Counted from the whole stretch's first letter, positions 49,416-61,580 are shown. The stretch is DNA of 62,958 nt, filler included, from Octopus bimaculoides (GCF_001194135.2; 3 parts of 3 records of this genome joined end to end with filler, not necessarily neighbours in it), one strand, 5' to 3'. Notes: a model not told the origin generated them from the letters alone. Translations and numbers: made by a program.

Positions 49416-51470
49416 GTGTTCATCTCCATTTTGGATGGAAACACAAAAAAGATATTAGATAAGATCATACGACATATTAGAGCATACTCAAACATTACTC
49501 AGTGGATATGTAGTGCAACTATTGAATGGTTTAAAAATAGATGATATGCCCAAATGCAAATTTATCCAATTTGATATCGTGGAGTTTTACCCCTCGATCT
49601 CCAAAAGCTTACTTCAAAAGGCACTTGAATTTAGTAAGGCAAATAACAAACACTGAAAAAAAGTCATTAGTTTACCATAATAAGCAGTGATATAGATATA
49701 ATGAACGCAGAGAAGTTATTACTTTTTCACGATAATTTCTATTGGGTATAAAAGAATGGGGATGAGCTATTTGGTGTGGCAATAGGGAGCTATGATGGAG
49801 CAGAGATAGCTGGCCTTATAAGCCTTTATATCCTAGATATCCTTAGAAAAGAAATAAGAGGCCAACATGGCTTTATATAGGGACGATGGCCTGGGAGTAA
49901 TACACAATAAAAACGGACACGATATGCACAGGATAAGAAAAAATTATGCAAAATATTTAACCAATTCGGTCTAAGAACCACAATTAGGACCAACCTTAAA
50001 AAAGTCAACTTCCTAGATATTAACATGAACCTTAGTACAGGCCAATCTAAAGCCTACCACAAACCAAATGAGGAAGCCTCGTACGTAGACATAGGCTCCA
50101 ATCGCTCACCAGCAGTCATTAAACAATTAACTAATAACATCAGCAGACGCGACTCGAATCTATCCGCCGATAAAGACACTTTTGAAAAAGCTGCCCATAT
50201 CATAATGCTGTATTAGATAGGTCCAACTTCAAGAATAGCATAAACTACATTGAACCAAATGCAGATAGATCAAGAAGACGTAGATGGGGGAAAACTTACG
50301 GTTTAACCCACTTTATAGCATAAATGTAGCCACTAACATAATTAGGAAATTCTTTAAATTAATGGAAAATCATTTCCCATATTCACACAAATACCATAAG
50401 ATCTTCAACAGAAACACTGTTGAAGTTAACTATAGTTGCCTCCCCAATATAGTGTCAATAATACTCAACCACAATAAAAAATAAGCACACCAGAAATACC
50501 CCCGAAAGACTCTGTAACTATAGATCTCCAAACTGCTGTCCTCTAAATAATAACTATCCGCAAAAAGAACTTATATATAAGGCCAAAATCATGGCTCCCA
50601 ACAGAGTAACAAAGACACATATCAGAATAACGAGCAACTTGTTCAAGCAAAGATACACACAACACGTGACGTCATTCAGGAATAAAAATAAAAGACATGT
50701 GACATCCTTATCCAATATGATATGGACATTGAAAGAAGACGAAATAAGCAACTCTTAGATAACATGGAGCATCATTGCTAAAGCCTGAAAATACAGAGAG
50801 CGGTGTACCACATGTGACCTCTGTATCACTGAAAAACTAAATATCATACAGTCAACAGATAACATCCTAAATATTAGGAATGAAACATTTTCTCCCTGCA
50901 TACACAAGCAATATTTCACACTCCGACATTTCAAAGAGGAAGCACCACCCGTGCCGCTAACCTCGCCAGGATAGTTTCTTTCTCTGAACTTGAACATTGA
51001 ATAATATACAACACACGAACTCCTCACATAGAAGAAACACACGTTATGAATTCCCTCAGCACACAAACATACGAACATCACAAATACACAGAATATGATA
51101 CTATATAATACAAATTCATCAACCAACACTTTTTTCTCCAAATGGCAAAATCAAGGGAGATAATCATTCAAAAGGTGTCACCCAAGAGTTGCGCCCCTTG
51201 ATATTATATTTACTTTACGAGGCTTTTTATGAACTTCCGAGATTTTTTCCGAGACCGTTTTGTGTTTTCATCCAAAATGGAGATGAACACAACTTATTAC
51301 ATCTGGTAAAGTACGGAACAAGAAAATTTTTACTTAAAACATTGCAGCTAAGAATAAAATTTCAAATAAAATCTTTGGATTTAGAAAATATTAGCTTTAT
51401 TAAAACTAAAAATTTCATTACAAGTTATTACTTCTATTTGTTATTACTTGTTACTTCAATTAAAAAATAA
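49416..51470 (+). mobile_element. 5'-truncated Penelope-like element: RT + GIY-YIG pseudogene (Naiad-like), 3' pLTR and inverted 5' segment
   Basis: KFIQFDIVEFYPSIS; GSYDGAEI; LYRDDGL; VNFLDINMNL; YHKPN; FNPLYS.NV.TNI; IFNRNTVEVNYSCLPN; CN.R..CCPL..IYKA; FKQRYTQH..SF; CDLCITEKL..CIHK; 33-bp inverted repeat at 49416-49448 / 51258-51290. Confidence 0.93.
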
Positions 51471-51751
51471 TAGTAGTAATAATTAGTTTGTGCAATAAAT
51501 AAAATAATACAAAAATTAGTTATATATTACAGTAAAATCTACCTTAACCAACAAATTCACAGTAAAATTTGCTTGAGCTATCGCCTAAGTTATTGCCAAA
51601 TCTTCACATTTTTAGTCTTGACCCAATGCTTATTTTTTACATAATGAATTTGCCTGCCATATATAGTATTCTTACTTTCCATAAAGCTTTAGCTGTATTA
51701 ATACTTCTGGTTCTCATTTTTTTAGCTGCAATATTTTAAGTGAAAATTTTC

Positions 51752-51838
51752 TTGTTCTGTACTTTACCAGATGTAATAATTTGTCCTGAACTTTTCCAAA
51801 TGTAATAGCTTGTCCTGTACTTTTCTAGATTTATAATC
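51752..51838. repeat. 29-bp diverged minisatellite, 3 copies
   Basis: TTGT(T/C)CTG(T/A)ACTTT..A.AT.TA(A/T)A.. units at 51752, 51781, 51810. Confidence 0.8.
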
Positions 51839-52458
51839 TTAAGAATATCATTTCTCTTGCTCGCATTTTTCCATGTAATCCATGTTTTTAATGTGTCAAA
51901 TGTGTCAATTAGCGGTGTCGTTGATAAATTTTTCCTTACCTTAATGTCGCCGGTGACATATGTTAAAAGTCCCCTAGAATTATATTCATAAAAAAGTATA
52001 GAACTATATTAGCACCCTCAAATTTGAGAAACAAACACTCATAACTTCTTTTCTTTTAAAACTTCATTGCATGAGACTGATACTGTGAAATTCCTCGAAT
52101 TGAGCTCTATCATTTAAGCTTAATTAAGATATAGTTTGCTTTTAAAATAAAAGAGTTAATTATACTTAAATCCAATTGTTTGCCTTACTTATATTTTTTC
52201 CATATTTTACCTCACAACTTTTTTATACAAATTTTTGTTGCATGGGACCAAAACTATGAAATTCTTTACATTTTCTTTTATCGTTGAAGCTACGATAAAT
52301 ATATTTTGCTTTTAAAATAGAAAAGTTATTTAGATCTAAACTTGACTGGTGGCGTTACTTACTCTCCTATAACGTTGCTACAAATTTCAATAAAAAAACA
52401 TTTTTCTACTGGATCAAATCTCAATTTTTTATGCCAAAAATGCAGCTACAGACCTGTC

Positions 52459-52502
<44 letters not shown>

Positions 52503-53126
52503 ATTATAAAGTGTACGACACTAAAGGAGCGGCCATAAAGACATGGGTTTGCAAGTATTTCTACTTACAAAATTACTTTATAGACAAACTGGAAAGAACC
52601 AGTTCCTAGGTAAAAGTAAATTTGTTTATAGTAGCGCCGATCACGTCGCATCTCACCACTGACAGGTTCATACATGAAGGCAATCTTCTGACGTGAATTG
52701 TTGGTGGTGAGAGCTCTAGTACGGTCGGATAGTAGAACAGGAATGATGATTTGTAAGTATAAACGTATGTATATGTATTACCTTATGGAGGCATCTAGAT
52801 ATTTCGTTGCCTTTCAGTGATTCTTCTGATAGCTTATTACATCTTCCTATCTTCACTAAAAGAAATTGAACCATGAATGATGTGATTGGAAAACGAACTT
52901 ATTAACTATTCAGTCATGCCTGCCCCTGAAAAACACTTCCTGTACATGTTTTTACTCTACAAGCATCAACCTTCAAACTTCAATCTAAAAATGATTCGTA
53001 AATTATAAATATATAAGAAAGCTTGTAAAGGTCACAAGCACTTCCCTCTTTCAAGCACGCACGTACACACGCATATACACACACACACAATCGCACACAC
53101 ATACTCACGTTCATGCACACACTGAC

Positions 53127-53183
<57 letters not shown>

Positions 53184-54087
53184 NNNNNNNNNNNNNNNNN
53201 NNNNNNNNNNNNNNNNNNNNNNNNNNNNNNNNNNNNNNNNNNNNNNNNNNNNNNNNNNNNNNNNNNNNNNNNNNNNNNNNNNNNNNNNNNNNNNNNNNNN
53301 NNNNNNNNNNNNNNNNNNNNNNNNNNNNNNNNNNNNNNNNNNNNNNNNNNNNNNNNNNNNNNNNNNNNNNNNNNNNNNNNNNNNNNNNNNNNNNNNNNNN
53401 NNNNNNNNNNNNNNNNNNNNNNNNNNNNNNNNNNNNNNNNNNNNNNNNNNNNNNNNNNNNNNNNNNNNNNNNNNNNNNNNNNNNNNNNNNNNNNNNNNNN
53501 NNNNNNNNNNNNNNNNNNNNNNNNNNNNNNNNNNNNNNNNNNNNNNNNNNNNNNNNNNNNNNNNNNNNNNNNNNNNNNNNNNNNNNNNNNNNNNNNNNNN
53601 NNNNNNNNNNNNNNNNNNNNNNNNNNNNNNNNNNNNNNNNNNNNNNNNNNNNNNNNNNNNNNNNNNNNNNNNNNNNNNNNNNNNNNNNNNNNNNNNNNNN
53701 NNNNNNNNNNNNNNNNNNNNNNNNNNNNNNNNNNNNNNNNNNNNNNNNNNNNNNNNNNNNNNNNNNNNNNNNNNNNNNNNNNNNNNNNNNNNNNNNNNNN
53801 NNNNNNNNNNNNNNNNNNNNNNNNNNNNNNNNNNNNNNNNNNNNNNNNNNNNNNNNNNNNNNNNNNNNNNNNNNNNNNNNNNNNNNNNNNNNNNNNNNNN
53901 NNNNNNNNNNNNNNNNNNNNNNNNNNNNNNNNNNNNNNNNNNNNNNNNNNNNNNNNNNNNNNNNNNNNNNNNNNNNNNNNNNNNNNNNNNNNNNNNNNNN
54001 NNNNNNNNNNNNNNNNNNNNNNNNNNNNNNNNNNNNNNNNNNNNNNNNNNNNNNNNNNNNNNNNNNNNNNNNNNNNNNNNNNNNNNA

Positions 54088-55915
54088 GAAGAAGAAGAAG
54101 AAGAAGAAGAAGAAGAAGAAGAAGAAGAAGAAGAAGAAGAAGAAGAAGAAGACGGGAGTGATATTAGCCAGTAGTAAAGGTTGTTTGTGGAATCTGCTTT
54201 AATGGTCAAGTGGCCTTACGGTGACCTGTTGTGGTTATAGTCTGTTATAAATAAATTCGTGGGTAGCGACTATTCTAAATATATTTATCGTGGGTATTAT
54301 TCCAAGATCCCTGTAGTAATGTCATCTATAGTAAAAGCATTCAAAAGAGGTTTATATTTTGCGATAAAATATGATTCTTTGCTAATGCGCTGGGAGATTG
54401 AGTGACACACGACAAAGAAGTAATACCCCAACACACACACAACAGCAAAGTAATAAGAAATCACTACCCACAGGATAGACATTACAACCTCTCCCTCACC
54501 ATAAGGAGATAGCAACGTAATTTTTGTTCCAACAGTCCACTTAACAACCATGCACAACTAACCCATACAACACGAAATAATTACCAACGACGGTCCTCTA
54601 AAGCACCACATCCGAACATGAAATATAGGAACACACTGTTCAACCCCCATCCAAGAACCTGCACCAGAAATCACAGCAGGGAACTACACAATAAGAGAGG
54701 ACAACTAGATAACAGCTACCGTCCCAACCACCTCAGTCATTTTTTAGACCCAGTACACAGATATAGCACCAGACATACAGGAATAACCAAAAGTGATAAA
54801 AGTCGTCAATGTAACACCTAAAGAACTATCACCAGACCAAATCAACATACTCTCCAAAGGGCTCAAATTTATACCACCACCACCAACACCACCAACACCA
54901 CCAACACCCAACGTCCAAACTACAACGAAATGAAAGACGTCGCGGAAGATTACGACTCGCCGAGGAACTATACGACAAACACAACGAGGACGAATCGTTA
55001 GCCAGAAATAGAACTACACCCCATCAAAAAGTAAGAACACAATTCTTGACCATTTCTGTGAACCCATCATGAATTATCCATATCAACACATACACAGACA
55101 AAAGTACAAGCCAAGCTTCAGCAAGAAAGAATGGGTTGAGCTGAACAGATTAAAGGATGATAAAACAATAACAATCAAAGAGGCTGATAAAAGAAGTGTA
55201 GTTGTCTTAATGAACACGGTATTCTATATAACTCTAGTACTATCCATATTAGAAGACACAGCATATTATGAAAAGGCCCAACACTACAGTTCGCAGAAAA
55301 TAATGAGAAACCTAAAAACTATGTGAAACCTATACAGAGAAGGGCTCACCGACGAGGAATACGACTATAAGACTAACTTCAAAAGTAAATCCAATCAATT
55401 CTACGATATTCCTAAGATACATAAAAGTGAAAAATAAGTAACACACGCAGGGGAATCACAAATATAATAGTCGAGGTACCCCCACCTAATGACCTCAAAT
55501 TAAGACCTATAATAGAAGGCCCCGCATGCGAAACTCACCGTCCCAGTAACTTTCTAGATACCCTCTTAAAACCATTCCTCAAGCATATCAAAACCTACAT
55601 AAGGAACGCTCAGCCACCTCCCTGAAACAATTAATAAAAAAACCCTACTAGTACCCTTCGATGTAGTCAACCTGTACTCTAATATCCCCCGTAACCTAGG
55701 AATAGAGGCAATCCAATTCTGGCTAGAGAACTACTCCAATGACCTCCCAAAGTGCATCGAAAAAGAATTCGTAATAGAAGGGCTAAAATTCATCTTGAAG
55801 AATAATAGCCACTTGACCATTAAAGCAGATTCCAAAACCGGCTTTTACTACTAGGTAATACCACTTCCGTCTCTTTCTTCTTCTTCTTCTTCTTCTTCTT
55901 CTTCTTCTTCTTCTT
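54088..55915 (+). mobile_element. Penelope-like (Neptune/Poseidon-type) relic with inverted terminal arms and an internal deletion
   Basis: Plus strand: ILSKGLKFIP, IKEADKRSVVVLM, FYDIPKIHK, LRPIIEGP, FDVVNLYSNIP. Minus strand: KESYFIAKYKPLLN (EN C-terminus). 27-bp perfect IR at 54188-54214 / 55808-55834 extending into (GAA)n/(TTC)n. Confidence 0.88.
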
Positions 55916-57210
55916 TTCCCCCTCCCTCTTCTTCGCCTTCTCTTTCTTTAGCTGCTGCTGCTTAGACCATCAAACTTCAGAACCAAATATATCTTTGCAC
56001 CCATAAACACACTTTTTCAGATCTGCTACTACCTACCTCCCTTACGAACCTTCACAAAAGAAAAAAGAGAGAGACACAGAAAAAAGGAAAATGTCCCACC
56101 TATTTGGAGACTATGGAAATATTTACAAAACATTTCATTTAAGTTTTTCTTCAATTTAATTGTTTATCGTCTTAATTAATATCCACCTTTGTTTTACTCT
56201 TAGTTNNNNNNNNNNNNNNNNNNNNNNNNNNNNNNNNNNNNNNNNNNNNNNNNNNNNNNNNNNNNNNNNNNNNNNNNNNNNNNNNNNNNNNNNNNNNNNN
56301 NNNNNNNNNNNNNNNNNNNNNNNNNNNNNNNNNNNNNNNNNNNNNNNNNNNNNNNNNNNNNNNNNNNNNNNNNNNNNNNNNNNNNNNNNNNNNNNNNNNN
56401 NNNNNNNNNNNNNNNNNNNNNNNNNNNNNNNNNNNNNNNNNNNNNNNNNNNNNNNNNNNNNNNNNNNNNNNNNNNNNNNNNNNNNNNNNNNNNNNNNNNN
56501 NNNNNNNNNNNNNNNNNNNNNNNNNNNNNNNNNNNNNNNNNNNNNNNNNNNNNNNNNNNNNNNNNNNNNNNNNNNNNNNNNNNNNNNNNNNNNNNNNNNN
56601 NNNNNNNNNNNNNNNNNNNNNNNNNNNNNNNNNNNNNNNNNNNNNNNNNNNNNNNNNNNNNNNNNNNNNNNNNNNNNNNNNNNNNNNNNNNNNNNNNNNN
56701 NNNNNNNNNNNNNNNNNNNNNNNNNNNNNNNNNNNNNNNNNNNNNNNNNNNNNNNNNNNNNNNNNNNNNNNNNNNNNNNNNNNNNNNNNTTATATAGTTT
56801 ATTGAAACTGAATGTTTATCTCGCGAGTATCACGCCACTTCGATCTCCATTTGCATATCTCAATGCGTATACATGCACTTATTACATACTAAATTACTGA
56901 ATGTTTTACAGCGCCATTAAAGGCGTTGTAAATATTCGATGCTAAAAATATTCTAATTTGGCTTGTTCTTTCTTATTGTGTGAAAGCCAGCTTTGCAACA
57001 TTTGTACTGAATCAATTAGGTACATATCCAAGAGCTCCAATAACCATTGGTCAAAATCTAAAGTTATAGACCACATGAGTAACTGCATATATGTATGCAT
57101 GTATGTATGTATGTATGTATGTATGTATGTATGTATGTATGTATGCATGTGTTATGTGTGTGTGTGTTTATGTGTATATATTAATGTATCTGTAAATCTA
57201 TGTGTGTGTA

Positions 57211-57275
<65 letters not shown>

Positions 57276-57502
57276 ACAGTATTAAAAATAAGGATTACTC
57301 CTAAGTACCAACAGCATTACCTTTAATTCTATAATTATATACTGCCTTTTAAGATCAACACATGTTTCAATTGCACCGATTAGTAACCGTTACAATTGTA
57401 ACCCTACTATAAAACGGTGCAATCTCTTCAGAGTTTTAACTTGATATCTCTCGGTATGACTGTTTAATGGTTTTCTTTTATAAACTCTGCATTGTATAAT
57501 GC

Positions 57503-57533
<31 letters not shown>

Positions 57534-57719
57534 TGTATAATGCATATGTGTATATATACAAGAAGCTGGCATACACAACACTGATAATTTCTCCAACTGT
57601 TATATACATTGTATACCACCACAACGTCACGGTTTGAGAACCCACTCAGATAAAGAATACAAGCCAAGAAGAATTGATCATACAAACGAACTACCAACGA
57701 AAACTCATAGACACATGCG

Positions 57720-57958
57720 ACATAATAATCCAACTGCTTGTTCCAATCCCCTCTCCACGCCACCGATGTTATCCAAGGGAAAGGCAAAGGCCGATACAGC
57801 TTGGCACCAGTGACATCGCAACTCATTTCTACAGCTGAGTAAACTGGAGCAACGTGAAATAAAGTGTCTTGCTCAAGAACACAACATGCAGCCCGGGCCG
57901 GGATTCGAATTCACAACCTCACGGTCGTAAGTTCGATGCTCTAACCACTGAGCCACTG
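57720..57958 (-). mobile_element. SINE family E (tRNA head, CORE-like)
   Basis: Minus strand TGGCTCAGTGGTTAGAGC (A box)..ATTCGAATCCC (B box)..TTCTTGAGCAAGACACTT. Confidence 0.9.
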
Positions 57959-58827
57959 AACATTATTATATATAAAGAATAATATTATATGCGTATGTCC
58001 AAGGTGTCCCTCAGTGGGACCGAACCCGAAACCACGTGGCTACAAAGCGGATTTCTTAACTACACAGCCATAATGTATGTACACGCATACACACATTTAC
58101 ATAATATCTGCAGAAATAATAAGTAACCGCAACTTTCACATTACGCCATCCCCAAACACAGATGCACAAACAAGGACTGTCACATGAGACACAGTCAGAC
58201 GTTCACGCGCAGACACAGATGCATATATCTTGTCTGCGCATGAATTCTTCCCTGTATGACACACACACACATACACACACACACACACATCCAGGAACAT
58301 CAGCAAAAGAAATTATTTGTGAGAAAAGACAACAGTAAAAGTAACTCTAGATATAATGAATGTTTACGACAAGGAACGGCTAGCGAGGGGGGGAGATACC
58401 ACGATGCTTCGAAGAGAGAAAGAAATTATAGAGAATCGTTTCACAAAAACGTGTTGTGTGGGAAGGGCAAATTATACAAACGATGAGTAAGAGGGATGAA
58501 AGACTATACATACATGGGCGCAGTCATGATTGAGGGGATTAAGTCCGCTTTGCACCCATCTGGTTTCAAGTTCAGTCTTACTGCATGGTACCTTGGGAAA
58601 GTGTCTTCTACTATAGACCCTGACCGACAAATGCCTTGTGAGTAAATTTGGCAGGCGAAAATTGCGCGCGCGCGTGTGTGTGTGTTTCCCCAACCGCTTG
58701 ATAACTGGTGTTGTTACGTTTATGCCTCTGCAAATTAGCAGTTCGGCTAAAGAACCGATAGGACAAGTACTAGTGCTAAGGTCGATTTGTTTGACTAAAA
58801 CCCCTTAAGGCGTTACCCATGCATGGC

Positions 58828-59673
58828 TGGGATCTTTCTGAATTGACGGGCGCCATTTTTATTTATGTTTTATTTAGTGTATTTTCTACTGAAACACTTT
58901 CAAACTTCGTATACTTGTATATTTTGTGTTATAGAACAGATAAAAAAAATTTTGTATTCGAAGTTATTTCATGTAAAAAAAATTGTCGTATTTCGGAAAT
59001 TACAACCAATCACTGACGTCTATTGAGGTGAAAACAATTACTGCTATGGATTGTAAACAAAATATTGAGCGGTGTAATGGGATCTTTTCCCTTGAATAAA
59101 ATTAGTGCCGTTGTTTGTCAACAACAACTATCCGCGGTACTGTTATTTATAACATCGTTCGTGCGTTTGTACTGGTTTTAGCTTTAGGGTTTTAGGGTTA
59201 GGGTTCGGGTTTTAGAGTTAAGGTTAGTTTTAGAGTTAGGGTTAGGGTTATGATTATTTTTGCCATAACCTAACTCATAACCCTAACCCTAACCCTAACC
59301 CTAACCCTAACCCTAACCCTAACCCTAAAACCCAAACCCTAACCCTAACTCTAAAACCCGAACCCGAACCCTAAAACCCTAAACCCTTACTAGGGAATAA
59401 CGATATAATTACTAGGGAATAACGATCTTGACACCGGCAAAAATTATTGTTTACAAAAACAGCAGTAACTGTATTCAGCTGAATAGACGTCAGTGATTGG
59501 TTGAAATTACAGAAATACGACAACTTTAACATGAAATAACTTGCAATATAGAAAGTTTTGTTAAGAAGGCTAAGAGAAAAAGATGTTTTATATGACACAT
59601 TCTACTAGTATCCCAAGTTTGAAAGTGTTTCGTTGAGAAAACAAGTGGCGCCCGTCAATTCAGAAAGATCCCA
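58828..59673. mobile_element. 846-bp non-autonomous fold-back DNA transposon with a telomeric-repeat core
   Basis: 28-bp perfect TIR TGGGATCTTTCTGAATTGACGGGCGCCA (58828-58855 / 59646-59673); TSD TGGC (58824-58827 / 59674-59677); ~250-bp imperfect arms; no ORF. Confidence 0.93.
59183..59387. repeat. Head-to-head telomere-like array: (TTAGGG)-type 59183-59253, 21-nt spacer, (CCCTAA)-type 59275-59387
   Basis: 8 perfect CCCTAA units at 59281-59328; TTCGGG and TTTTAGAG variants in both arms. Confidence 0.95.
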
Positions 59674-60394
59674 TGGCAGCAATTCAATGACTGGAACAAG
59701 TTAAAAGTTAAAAGATAACAGTAAAGAAGTTTACAACATACGAGTGCAATGATACGAATTTTACAAATCAAAAACACGGAATAAAGGAAGAAGTTTAAAG
59801 CAATAATTCAAAAAGATATCTATATAAAATTTTAAACATCCACCTGTGTTGATCGTGGTACTCCATATTCCAAATTAAGCCACCACTTTGTTTCCTTCTT
59901 GTGATGTTTCTAGCCGGGAAATTCAAGAATCTCCTTTAAGGACTCTTGTAGAGCCATGTTCTCTGCAACGTTGACACATAATTATTTCTTAATGTGTATA
60001 AATAACCAGTCCCTTTTATGCTTTTAAAATATTATTCCATTTACTTCATGGTCCGTGAAATAAATGGAATTTATTGTGTATATCGTATAAATGCCTTAAA
60101 AGAATTTTGTTAGTCTCACAAAAGGTTGCGAAATCCATTTCGTTTTTGGAGGAGCCTAGAAAACCCTCCTCCTCTTATGCGCCTGTGATTGATTATGGTA
60201 GGCTAGCAGCTGCCTTGTAAACATTATGTGCTAGGCTCTCAATGTAGAGCATTTTGGCGGAATTTGAACTCAAAAAGTAAAGGGTAAATTCTACAAGGTA
60301 TTTTGTCCCAAACTCTTGCACTTCTACCAATACGATAAAATATTGGTGCAGATTTAATTAGCACCAATACTTGACACTACTTTATCTTATGAAC

Positions 60395-60540
60395 CGTCGA
60401 AGACACGTGGCCTAGTGGTTAGAGAGCTGCTCTCACGATCCCTAGATCGTGGTTTCAATTCCTAGGCTGGGTGGTGTGTTATGTTCTTCAAAATACTTCA
60501 TCTCGCGATGATCTGCGATCACTTCGACATCTGACGTGTG
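60395..60540 (+). mobile_element. SINE family E-like head
   Basis: GTGGCCTAGTGGTTAGAG..CTCACGATC..GGTTTCAATTCC. Confidence 0.72.
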
Positions 60541-60795
60541 ATAAACACACCACCATCGGTTGTTGTCAAGCTATGTTGGGGAACAAACACAGACACACAA
60601 ACACACATATATATATATGCATATACATATATACGACGGGCTTCTTTCAGTTTCCGTATACCAAATCCACTCATAAGGCTTTGGTCGGCCGGAGGCTATA
60701 GTAGAAGACACTTGCCCAAGGTGCCACGCAGTGGTACTGAACCCGGAACCATATGGTTGGTAAGCATGCTACTTACCACACAGTCACTCCTGCGC
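60530..60795 (-). mobile_element. SINE family A
   Basis: GACGGGCTTCTTTCAGTTTCCG..GACACTTGCCCAAGGTGCCACGCAGTGG.ACTGAACCCGGAACC. Confidence 0.92.
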
Positions 60796-61379
60796 CTATT
60801 TTTTTTTTTTTTAATCCGGGGTGAGGAGTCGGGGTTTTGATAACCCATTTTAAATAGTTAAAATAGTATGATGATAACTTTTAAAGGATTTCGGGTTGGC
60901 GCTTCTTTTTTTTTTCTTCTTCTTTTTTCGTGAGCAAGAATATATTTTGAAATTTGTAGAAAAGACGGTATAACATAACTTTTGGGGTTTTTTTTAAATA
61001 TCGCTAATAACATGCATATGATGTCTGTTGCTATAAACAACTAACTCATCAAAACAAGAACAGGATAAACGTAGCTGCAATAACAACAAAAAGGCAGCGA
61101 CTACACCAAAATCAAATGAGTCATCATCCACAACAACAATAATAACAACAACAAAAATAACAACAAGCAGCCAATAAACAATCAACAATCAGGACAGTAT
61201 GAAGAGCTTCAAAACAGACAAATCTACGTGCTATAAATGACTGCCAAATCCCTTTTGACTCACACCCTATCGCCCAAAAGTTTGAGGGAGAAATGCAATT
61301 AGAAGATAGGAAGATGATGTAAACTTAGATACTACGGGTTTTAAAAAAATATATAAAAAAACACAGATGAAGTTCCTGG

Positions 61380-61580
61380 ATTTTCTGGTGGAAATACTCC
61401 CCCCACTCATCCCAGACGGCTTGTCGCAGGATTACTCATTTTTGCCAGCTGAGGAGACTGAAGCAACGTGAAATGAAGTATTTTGCTCAAAGGCACAATA
61501 CATCGCCCAGTCCAGAAATCAAAACCACAATCTTACGATCGCGAGTCCAACACCCTAACCACTAAGCCACGCGCCTCCAC
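61380..61580 (-). mobile_element. SINE family E
   Basis: GCAACGTGAAATGAAGTATTTTGCTCAA..TACGATCGCGAG..CTAACCACTAAGCCACGCG. Confidence 0.82.

Larger units (their letters stand above)
58505..59720 (+). mobile_element. SINE family A interrupted by a DNA element at 58828-59673
   Basis: Removing the insert and one TGGC restores GCATGGC.GCA..CAATGACTG.AACAAG of the family 3' end (compare 5577-5610). Confidence 0.88.

Noticed and set aside
59183-59387. Genuine chromosome end-to-end fusion scar or misassembled telomere
   Set aside because: The array is enclosed by TIRs with a TSD inside a SINE, and the two halves share variant order; transposon cargo explains it better
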